The translations under genes were made by a program, and so were the position numbers. 64,000 nucleotides of DNA from Zootoca vivipara (Eukaryota): NCBI RefSeq assembly GCF_963506605.1, contig NC_083282.1:38750001-38814000 (forward strand), read 5' to 3'. Shown here piece by piece: positions 25,854-37,800 of the stretch. The notes beneath the pieces are model-generated. The model saw nothing but the letters and a program-made list of their open reading frames with translations, was not told the origin of the DNA and searched no databases. Each line of letters opens with the position of its first letter. Position 1 is the first letter of the stretch.

Positions 25854-28800
25854 ACCCGGCCTGAATCTATGCCTTCTGGACAATCTTCTACCAAAACCCC
25901 TTTACCGGGGTTCCCTTCATCCCGCCAGATGAAGGCGGTGATGCACCATTTCACCCCCTAAGAAACAGACCAGACATCCCCAAACTTCGGCCCTCCAGAT
26001 GTTTTGGACTACAATTCCCATCCTCCCTGACCACTGGTTCTGTTAGCTAGGGATCATGGGAGTTGTAGGCCAAAACATCTGAAGGGCCGCAGTTTGGGGA
26101 TGCCTGAAATAGACCCCAAATTCATCTTCAAATTCACCTTAGCCACTGAAAGTTGTGACAATTGCTATGAGAAGACAAAACCACCAAATGGGCCCAATTA
26201 GTCTGCTTCCTGGCCCTGAAAACGGTGGCCGATTATCTCCTCAGCAAGGTCCTCCATACACATTGCCCACTTACCTCAAAGGCAATGCCAATTTTTAGGG
26301 TGGGCAGGATGATCAGCTGCCAACTATGTTGCTGGCTCCCACTCCAGATGGCTTAAATACTCCAGCAGAGGACTGGAGTGAACCCTCAGTATCTCTCTCT
26401 GCTGCTGAAGCTCCACTGTTGGGCCAATTTATATTTTAAAAATTGACAGGCTTTCCCATCATCCCCTCTGGTCAGTTGAGGAAAACAATTGGCCTGCCCC
26501 ACCCAAGTCCCCCGAGGGGTTGCACTGGGCCACAATCATAGTCCGTATCAACATAGGACAGCTGACTGTCAACTACTGTACACTACAAGTGGTCCGCAGC
26601 ACTTCCTCTACTAGGATGACACACCAGCTGAAACAATGGAACAGCGTGTTGCATTAGCTAGTTCTCTCAAACTGCTATGTAGGAAAGACATTCAAAAGGT
26701 GAAGGTTTCCACTGCTCAGTCAGCAAGTCATTCTTTCAGAACGCTATGTATGCATTCAGAAACTCCGCCAATCAGTGCCGCAGTCAAGTTCAGTGTGGGA
26801 TATTTGTAAGCCACTCACCCTAACCAGGAGCCATCAGCTTTCTGCATTTTACGACAAAACTGCAAAGCCTTACTTAGAGTATCACTGGGAAGAAAAACAA
26901 AGGGGTCTTACATTTCAAGCTAAACAGCTTCTGGATGAGAGAATAATTAAGGCAAGCTCCTTGTAACAATGGCATTCAGTAACCTAAAGAAGCCTTCCAC
27001 TTTTTCAGAACTTGGTCCCACCCAAAACATTCATTTTGTGGCCTACTTCTTAATGTTTTAACAACGTTTGTGTTGCTATTGTGACCCGCCTTAGAGGAGG
27101 CTGTGATCCAGTAGTGGTTCCTCCCAGCCTCCCAGGTGATGGCTACTGGTAATTAAGATCAAGAGTGTTCATCATCAGTCTTTGTTTAAACCACCAGCAG
27201 CAACTTTACATAAGTATCACTTCTATGTTGGAAATAACATGTATGCTGTAAGTTACATGTACATATACATTTTCCAGAGGGGTAGCTGTGCTGGTTTGCT
27301 GCAGCAAAAACAACTAAGAGTCTTGTGCCACCTTAAAGCCTAACACATTTTATTGTGGCAAAAGTTTTTTATGGACTGGAGTACCCTTCAGATGTACCGC
27401 GTGGTCATTAGTTGGCAGGTATTTAAGCGGATGGAGGTATATGTATATATTTTAAATAATGACTGGAGTTGCAATCAAATATCAAAAAAATACAGTCTTT
27501 GACAAATTCAACTCCTGAACTCTTAACATGGAATAGTCTATTAGAATATAGAATTCAAGACTATAGAACAGGCATCCCCAAACTTCGGCCCTCCCGATGT
27601 TTTGGACTACAATTCCCATCATCCCTGACCACTGGTCCTCTTAGTTAGGGATCATGGGAGTTGTAGGCCAAAACATCTGGAGGGCCGCAGTTTGGGGATG
27701 CCTGCTATAGAAGATGAATATCATGATGTAACAATAACATCCTTCTCAGCTTCTGAGGATCTCACCCCAGACCTTTACCTGATTTCATCTTCCCGGTGAT
27801 TTGGGAATCTTTTCCCAAAATGTTTCAATCCCTGCATTATGGATGAAGTGCATTCTGTATAGGTGTGGTCTATCATACAGTCAGCTGAAAAACATAAAGT
27901 ATTTTACTTTATGTTTCAAGATGGTTTACAGATTTATAAAATCCTTGAAAATATCCTTTAAAACGGAGCCAAAACCTAGCAGTTTAAACAGCAGGAAGAG
28001 GGAAAAAAACTCTATAAAAGCAACAGCCACCAAAAGCTTATCAGGAAAACAGGCCATGCATTTTGTGCAGAGGACTATCAGCGAGAGCCTTCCTTGTCTA
28101 GATCAGGGGTGGCCAAGCTGCATCCAGAGGGTCACATACAGACCTCAGCCTATTTTTAGAAGCACAGGAAGAGCCAGAAGGGAGATGAAGATGGTGGTGG
28201 AGGTGAAACAGATGGGGCGATGTGAGAGGAAATCCCTTTGCAAGCAAACAGTTGAGAACCCTGCAAGAATTATTGGTCTCTCCCCAAGCAGCCTGCTGGG
28301 CACGGAGCAAAAGAGAGAGAGGAAGATAAAAGGGTGTGGCAAAAGGAGGGAGAGATGGCTCTGGCCACACTCACTGCTGACATGCAGTTCACAGCAGAAT
28401 GCCCTCAAGGGAAAGTGTCCCCCCCCCCTTGAAGGCTGTCATCCTGGGAGAGGTGGCTTCTAAAATAGACCCATGTGGTGTAGCTGAAAACCAATTAACT
28501 TGAACTAGGCCCATAGACTCATTGGCAGCCACTAAACACTACTTTGATGTTTAGACAAGTAGCTTGCTTCGCCCACAAAGGTTGAGTTCTGCAGGTCCAT
28601 GCATAAAGTTAGGAACTCCCAGAACCAGCCTCCACCCCCCCCCCCAATTTTATGAATTTTGCTTCCTTCCTAAAGCCCAGTAAGCACTTGCCCATCTCTG
28701 AGAAGCTGCGTAAGCCCAAATTCACAGCTGTGCATTTATTTATTTCTACCCAGCCACACAAAGCTGTGATTGTGTAAGTAAAATGAGAGTAAGACGTGAG

Positions 28801-31800
28801 TTACTGTGCATTATTGGCTCCCTCCTATCGTCTAGTGCAGGCATCCCCAAACCGCGGCCCTCCAGATGTTTTGGCCTACAACTCCCATGATCCCTAGCTA
28901 ACAGGACCAGTGGTCGGGAAAGATGGGAATTGTAGTCCAAAACATCTGGAGGGCCAAAGTTTGGGGATTCCTGGTCTGGAGGCATGCTGTGCCATTGTGA
29001 GCCAGTCACAGTTTGCAGACCACCTTCAAAGCCAGAGCCAATCTGCAAGGATTTGTAAAGAACCACAGGACACAAACAAGGGACTCTGCACAGCACAGCC
29101 TTGGTACCTTGCTATCCTGCACCGTTTATCTTTATTGGGATGCACTGCCACCCACATAATAGCCAAAAAAGAACATGTGTGATGTGAGGAGACCATTGAT
29201 TTCTAGCTAACTTTGTGTACCTGTTGCTCATTTGGGTTCTGAAATATACTCGGAGTCGAGAGTGAGTTTCATGCTCTTTATTCAGCTCATATTCATCAAG
29301 GAGAAGAAGAGAAGACGAATGGCTCTTTTCCCAAAACCATCTGCTTATATACATTATTTACACAATGGGCCTTGCGTGATTGGCTACTTCAGGGCTACAC
29401 CTGTGGGCCAATTATATTGTGGATTGACTTCTGCCTGCAGCCTGATTGGCTGCTCCTACAGGCCAATCAGGTAGCAGATTCACTTCTGCCAGCCGCCTGA
29501 TTGGCTGCTCCAGCAGGCCAATCAGGTTGCGGATTCACTTCCACCTGGAGTTGGATTGGGTAGCTCCTGCTGATTCTGAATCCTATTGTTCTAGGATTCA
29601 GCTCAGTACATAACAGGTTCCATGTTCAGAGCCACATGGACTGTCCGTATCACGTCATCTTTGTTCTGCCTATTCCAGAAACCAACCACCAGCCTGCCTT
29701 AGAACATCTCTCCTATCAGCACCTGCAGTGGACTCTGACAACGTGAACAATTGCCAAGGTCCTATGGCCAAAACAAACTGCCTTCAAACATGTGACTTCA
29801 GTTCATGGTCTCTAGCCCCAAAACTATGAAATAGGCCTTGCTTGTAAAGATGACCAGAATTCACAAAAGATTCCCATTTAAGTTGTTCTGATATCAAGGC
29901 TGTGTTCTTACCATATAACTCCGTGCAGTTCATTATCTCCAGTAGCCTACTCCCTCGTCTGGTTTCATAAGCAGCAAAACCGCCATCAGAATTTCTCATG
30001 CTCAGAATCTGCAAAAAAGTACAAGTGGGATGGGGGAGGGGGAGAGGGTTTAAGAACAGGCATGGTGTTCCTTGTCCTACTTGCAGAGGCACATGACTGG
30101 TCACTCCTGCACAACCCCACAAGCCACTCCTGTGCCCCTTTCACGCTTGCCTTTTTTTACAAACTAAAAAACCCCCCAAATGTTACAGAGACCCTTGATC
30201 ATTTTAGTTGCCCCTTTCTACCCAAGTGCTTTGATTCCTGCTGTTTCAGGCTTTGCCACAAGCACCAAATGCAATTCAGGCGCCATTCCACCCGGCTACA
30301 ATGCTGTGTAAAATCAGAGCCTGTGCTCTTGACAAACCAATCTCTTTATTTTAAGTGGCGCTCAACAAAAGGAGAGTGGCTCTCTGTACATATATGTAGT
30401 CGTGCCAGTTGGCCCTCTCTCACCATATTAGGCCAATGGAGAACTCGGTGGATGGGGAGATTCTGTTGTTCTAGCAAACCCTAGAAAGTGCCCTTGCTCA
30501 TCACGACTATGATGAGGATTCCAGGACAAAATTTGCTAATTTGCACTATTTCTACCAAATGTGATTTATCTCCAAATTACCAGTGTAGGGAAAGAGATTA
30601 ACTCATTATGTATTTGACTTCAAATTGATTACCGTAAGTAACGTGTAAGGATGCAATAGCTGCTTTCTAAAGAGCAAGATCAACAGTCCATCTGTTCTCA
30701 ACCCTAACGCCCAGTGAGCTTTCGATCCAGCTTACTGGGGGAGATTGCTCTCAGTCCCACTACATTGCATCCCTTTACCTGAGCTTCAGGAACTCAAACT
30801 TTAAGACTGATCATCCTTCACAGAGGATAAAATGCTGCCATAGGGACACTTCCACCAATTCTCTTAGCCTACGGCCCCACAAAACTCAGCACTATTACTG
30901 AATGCTAGATGACTTCAGTCTTCCCACAATAGCTTCCTCCTGCCTGCTTCCCATTTTCTCTTCTGGGCTTTCCCCCTTCTCACCACGTTGACAGCATCAA
31001 AGAGGCGCTGAGGTGCCACATGATCTTCTATGAAGGGGCATTTTTCCTCCAGCAGCATCAGTGTCCTCATGGCCTCAGCAGTGCAGTCAGACACTATCCA
31101 GTCATTCTCTCGAGTGCTGAAGGGGAATCCACCCTGGTAATTGAAGTGAATACATTAGGACTCCATTGGCAGCTGCCAGTGTAGAGGCATCTCCTCCCAA
31201 GCAATGCCCAAGAAAGCAATCAGGGAGTTGATGGGTGATCCATATTTCTTCTTCAGGATTCTAGATTAGATGGGCACTGGCCTAATGCAGCAGGCTCTTC
31301 TCGTGTCCTTACATTCTCAGAATTAACACTTAAAAGCTCTCTTTTTGCTGGCTATGTGTCAGACAGACAGGTCACGATTCTGGATGTACCTTGTTCATCT
31401 GGCGATAATATCTCTGGTAGTTAGGTGGGTTATCTACAACCTGAAAAACAGATTAGCAGCATATTAATAAAAGGCGATCAGATTATATTTGTAACCAGTG
31501 GGAAAGCCAGTGTGGCATAACAGTTTGAGTGTTGGACCTCAGAGACCAGGGTGCTAATCCCCACTGCCTCTCACCCTAGACTTCCTCACAGGGTTGTTGT
31601 GTGGATTCATTAAGGAGGAAGAAAACCATGTATGCCACCTTAAGCTCCTTGGAGAAAAAGGTGGGCTATGCAATAACTAAGAAACAAAACAAAACAAATA
31701 AATTAACTCAGTCAGAAATATGGCCTGTAATTTAGAAGACAGAATGTGGCTACAGCCTGATGCAATGGCAGCACATAGGGTTATGTTCAGTGCTAGTGCT

Positions 31801-34800
31801 ACTCAAAGTAGACTCACTGAAATTTATGAACTCAAGTTGGTCATGTTTATTAGCCTGAATGGGTTTGCTCTGAATAGGATTCATACTGGGTACAACCCAT
31901 AGTGCTGGTTGAGGTAAATTGCCGTAGATATACAAGGTTTTACACAGGACTGAAGCCACACTATAAAACCAAATTGATATTACTTGTCAAGGATCACATG
32001 GGCTTCAGATTAAAAACCTATTATTCTGTAGTCCTGCCATGACACATTATTCAGCTGAACGAATCTCATGTGATCAAGAGGCAGCTAAGCAACACTCTGG
32101 CTCTGCCTCCAAGGTCACACAGCATCTCATGACCACAACATCCACACATTAAGCTTTGCCTATGCAGGCATCCAGGTCTAAATGCATGGATATCAGAGGC
32201 AGGGCTGGGGGAAACCATACAACCTTGGAAGCTGTCCTTCAACATCTAGGTCAGGCATCCCAAAACTGTGGCCCTCCAGATGTTTTGGCATACAACTCCT
32301 ATGATCCCTAGCTAACAGGACCACTGCTCGGGGAAGATGAGAATTGTAGTCCAAAACATCTGGAGGGGTGAAGTTTGGGGATGCCTGATCTAGGTCAAGT
32401 AATGGCCCACTGCCTTGGATCCCCTAATAGCTCCTTCTCATGATGAAAGGGGCTCATGTTACTTTGCAAAAAGAGACAAGCGTTTTCCTCCTGATTGTTT
32501 TGCTGAGACAGCTGAAAGCAGTATTGATTCCCTATGTATATTATTCCAATATCATGCTTTACCTGAGAGGCTTTCAAGAATTCATGGGCTTTTTTCAGAC
32601 AGGATGCATAGTCAGGATTGTTCTGAACCCCAGCCTAGAAAAAGAAAGAAGTTATGCTTAAGAATTCTGACCCAGGAAAGTCACAGAGAAAATCTCAGAC
32701 ACTTACACAAAAGCATCACTTTGGACAGCTACAAAAATAAACGCAAGTTCTTGAGGGATAACTTCAGTGTTACACAAGGAATACTCAGTGTGTGAATTTC
32801 TGGATCTCATGTCATAAATTACCTGGAGAACCATGACAGGCATACAAGGTGTTCAGATCTCGTAAGGTGTGTGCTTTGGTTAAACACACACCATCTACAT
32901 GCCAGTTCATTCATCTAATATATATATATGTAAATGGAAATTATTATGGAGAGAACAAAAGTAGAATATTTGACAATATAAAATGGTACCTCCAATAAGC
33001 CTTGAATGGTAAATGATGTATCCCAGGTCTGTGATCCTATGAACTGATATAAAGAAAGGAAGAACAGTTTTGTCCTTTTAGATCAGGGCTGGAGAACCAC
33101 TAGCCTGGGAGCTGAATGCAGTCCTCTCTAACCAGCCCTTGGGATGCTTCCCCAGTCATGGCCACTTCCCAGCCTACAGCCTCCCCCACTGGCCTTGCTC
33201 TGCATCAATCAAGAACACTGGGAGTAAATCAGTAACTAAAGGGCTCCTCCACACTTTCGCTTGGCCCTTGTTTTGATTGTATTGTGTACTGATCAATTCC
33301 CCCCAAGTCCAATAGTTTTTCCTCTTGTTCTCTCAGTTAAGCAGCATGTGTTTTGGGGATTCTTGGCACATCATATAACATCTGAATCAGCATTTTAAAA
33401 AGGTGCCACATGACCTGGTGTTATCTTACATCTTATCTCCTAGCCCTAACCCTGGGGTGAAGCTACACATTATGCAGAAGATCCATGCCTGGATCTCCTG
33501 ATATTTTGATATTCACTTCAAATAAGCTGGTGCTGTCAGGCAGGGAGAAGACAGCTGAGCTTGAGAGTCACCAATGCAATGCAAATTGCAGCCCATAATA
33601 TTTCAAAACATATTGGTTCACACTATTGTACCTTTATTAACATACCATCTTGTCCCATCCTGCAGAGATATAAAAAGAAGAGATTATAGCAGTCACAAGA
33701 CCATGTAGTTACCTATCTGCATTGCATAATAAGAGACCAAAATCTTCCTGATATCTCTCCCATACAACACAACGAGTGAGCCACGGGTGTGCATGAGATC
33801 TGCCTATACAGTACTGCAAATAAGGATATGTTCACATCACTGGCCTAAAACGCAGCAAAGTCATTTTATCCCACTGCTTTGCAAAGCTGCATTTGCACAG
33901 GGTTGTTCACATCAGAGAGGGGGCAGAGATGTTTTTACAGAGTGTGCATGCCCTTTCTGGTTTCCCCACCACTGCAACCCCCTGGAACGCCTAGTGATGA
34001 AGCTGCCATCTGAGCATCTGTGCTCATCTGTGCACATACGACGGTTGTCGCAGGTAAACACACCATTCTGAAGTACGATGTGAATGTGCTTTATGTTTTC
34101 TAGTCTGATTGACCCTTTTTTGAGGAAAGATCAAGGTCTGCAAAACCACACTTATGCAAGACCATATTCAGGACACTACAAAGATGGGTGGAATAAATAT
34201 GCCAGTCTTACCAAAGGTAGTCATAAAGTCTGGAGATATGTTCTTGAAAAGCTGGAGAATTGGCTCCATCAACTTGCTTTCTTATTAGCATATGAAACAC
34301 TTTACAAATCTACAGGACAAAAGATATATCATTCCAGTTAGGAATTTTCCTCTGCTATACCTCCATGCTTAGCACAGTCATCTGTTGCATGGCTATGTCT
34401 CTGCATGTCACCAGCCCAACACAGAAACTCCTTCAATTGGGCAAAACAAGATCGCTACAAGCATAGCTCTACCTTTGGAAGTATACTGGTTTTGGGGGCA
34501 AATCTTCCTCAGGAGAAGGAACATATGCTGCCATCAAAAGTAACTTGTTCCTGATACAATTATTTCTGAAAGACATTCACAAAGGACCTACCGGACTAGA
34601 ATTGGTGGCATTTGAGAATATGTCATCAGCTTTGATTTGCTCATACATTTCTGCAATGGCTTTCTTTCTGAAACTGGTGAAATGGTATCTCTCGTACAAA
34701 TTTAAGGTAGCTGCAGAAGGAATAAGAGACACTATGAACATCGCAATCATGTTAATACGGTTCTATCTTCCTCGTGCGTTTTGGGCTGCAATCCTCCATG

Positions 34801-37800
34801 CAATTACCTGGAAGAAGGCACCATTGAATTCAATGGCACTTGCTTCCAAAAGATACTGTATTTTGCTCAAAATAGAGGCAGGATTTCAGCCCCCAAATTT
34901 CAAAGATGATTTCAGGGGGAAATCTGCAAAAGGAACATGGGTGTGAACAAGGGGTTTACCACAGATGGGTACCAGTGGTTTAGGGTCATTTGTTTTTTTT
35001 CCCTTTCCCTTTGCCCTTCTAAAAGTGAGGAGCTTGTGTCCCAAGCCACCATGACCCCATTGCCCCCATTATAGGGAAATAACCAGACAGGACAAAAAGA
35101 GTAAATGTAAAATGGGTCAAATAGGCCACAAATTTATTGATGTGATGTGAATGTTAGCCATAGGCATTGGGTATATCATTTGAAGTCCAGCCTACCAACT
35201 GGAAGTGTTTCTAGGGTCAGCCCAATACTATGACCTACCCCAAATTGTGGTACCCCCCCCAAAAGGGTCCCTGGTCAATGAGTGCTATGGCCCTAACCCC
35301 CGCCTGGATGTTCAGACAGAAGCAACTCCTTGTGGATCCCTTTAATGGGACACCCTCTTTCATGGAAGGGCTAATACCCATGTGTGGACCCAAGTGACAC
35401 CACTTAATAACAACAACAATAATAATAATAAATTTTTATCTATACCCCGCCCTTCCCGATTCAAAAACCTGGGCTCAGGGCGGCTAACAACAAATTTAAA
35501 ACACTTAATTGTAATACAACATAAAAGCAACATAAAATACAGTATAAAAGCACGAATAACAATAAAATTCAAGTTCAAGAATCAATTTGGGGGAAATCCA
35601 TCCAATAAACATTAGATAGTCACCAGAGATAGCTGGCTAAATTAGACCTATCTGGGCCAGCAAGGAGGCCAGGAGAGAATTAGCTGTGGGGTCCCAGAGC
35701 GGGTAATCTTCATAAAAGAGGGGATGGGGGAAGAGAAGGGACTATGTTTAGGGCACCTTGTCTAGCCCCTCTCCCTTTTCGGGGTAAGCAGAGTGGATCC
35801 TAAAAGGTGCTGCTCAGGCATGGATACAGCTGCCGAGCTGCTCAACTGCCTCATTCCTTGAGTCAGAATGACTGAATCTGTATCCACCGCCCATGTGCCG
35901 GTTCATGACTAGGGGCTTCCAGATTTCACGATTCTGCCCCCGTTACCATTTGCTGATCGCCATGGGACTTTGGGGGTTTGGGTCGGGTTTTTGGAAGACG
36001 CCTGTGCGTGAATTTGTTTTATGTGTGTAGATCAGTGCACACTGACCAACGCACAGTCTTCGCAGTAGGGTTCTGTTCCGAGGGCATGAAGTAGTCCTAT
36101 CTGCTGCAGCCTTCATCCACCTTCACAGCCATTGCAACATGCCACTTGTTATCATCCACCTGTTCTGCTGTTGAGGACTTCTTGGATCATTCTTTGTCTA
36201 GCTCCTTCACTTTGACCTTACTGCCTTGGGTGACCCTGCTGGGAGTATGAGATTCCTGACGGCTCACAAGGGTCATAGGAACATGCAAGCCCACTCACCA
36301 CGACAATGTGATGATCCAGCGAGTGGGACTACCCTGTAGTCTGACAGGCAAAACCCTAGTGATGATCACCATGGGTGGTTCTAAGACTACAAAACCCATA
36401 ATGCCATGGCATGTGTCCATAGCATGGTTCAGGCCTCTTGCTCACAAAGCAATGTTCTTACTTGTATTTGCTACAAAGGTTTGTATTGTGTTTGTTCCAG
36501 CTAACAAGCTGTGATAATATGAAACTTGGAAGATGTATGTTTCCATGGATATGTGTCTGCGTCAAGGACATGCAAAGCATCCATGTCTTATTCCTCAGAC
36601 AATGTGTTTGCCTATAACAACAGAAGTCTCTTCCTCTCTTTCTCTGTGCCAAGTAAACCCTAGGAAACCTACATTGAAGGCCTGAACTCCTGGAATAAGA
36701 CTTGCCAATTCCTACATCACTCACCATATGCGGCATCCAGCATCCAGCTGTGTGCAGCTTGCAAATCGGTTTCGTGAATATTGTTCCTCTGGGCTTGCCA
36801 ATCAATAGTGGAAAAGTCCTCCACATAAATCTCCTAGGAGGAAACCATGAAGTGAAATGACTTTCATAGTAAAGAAGAAGCAGGATACTAGTGTACTTGA
36901 CAAATGCCATTTCATGGCTTTAAAAAAACCAAGAAAATTCATGCTAGTGTGGCAAAATCTGCTCTGTACCCATATAACACTTCTCCCTGTGTTATGGCAT
37001 CAGCTTTCATGGTCCTCTTCATCCATTTTTATACTTATATGAAAAGTGGTATGTCTTAAGAAATAATATTAATTAATTAATTAATTAATTAATTAATTAA
37101 ACACTAGAGGAGGAAGAGGAGGGTACTCCATAGGAGATTAATGGTTCAACAGTTCTTCATTGATTTGTTTTTTAGTAGTTCTGAAGAGGGGAGGAGAAAA
37201 CACCTTTTACCACCCAAAAAGAAAGGGAGAAAGAAATTAAAAGATGCATTAAAAAGGGGGAGTCTGGTATTACTGTGATGGAGGAGGCAACATGGGTGTA
37301 GTCTGTCAGTTTTTAGGAGAAGAGGCAAGGGTCTAAAAGCAATACTCTGTGGAGCATGAAGCACAGAGTCATTAAAATAAATTAAAAGAAAAGCATGGAA
37401 GGTGAGAGACATATGATTTGGGAGGGTGATACCATGGGCACCATCTCCACTCCAAATTCTACCCTCCCAAAGTTGCCCTCCCCTGTGGAATAGGGATGGC
37501 CAAGTGGCATGTTTCCATGCCCCCGCCTCTCTCCAAAATAAATATTCCCATGGCATTTTTAAACACTGTTGCTCTGAGCTTGACTTCTGCCTTAAATGGA
37601 AAATAAGACATCCAATTTAGCCTTCTCCCTGTCAGATACAAGCAAGCAATCTCCCAAGTGCAGATACGAGGGAGTACGAGGGTCCTACTCTGACCGAGGA
37701 TGATGGGATGTTTGGAGAATGCTGCCTTGCCTGTCTTAGACTCTGGATCAATTCATCTTCTTCCATAGTCAGGCGAGAGGCATAGCAGTAGCTCATCACA

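Noticed and set aside
27801-28463. 220-aa ORF on +
   Set aside because: Antisense to OSC exon 17 and runs through intronic repeat sequence; no recognisable domain.
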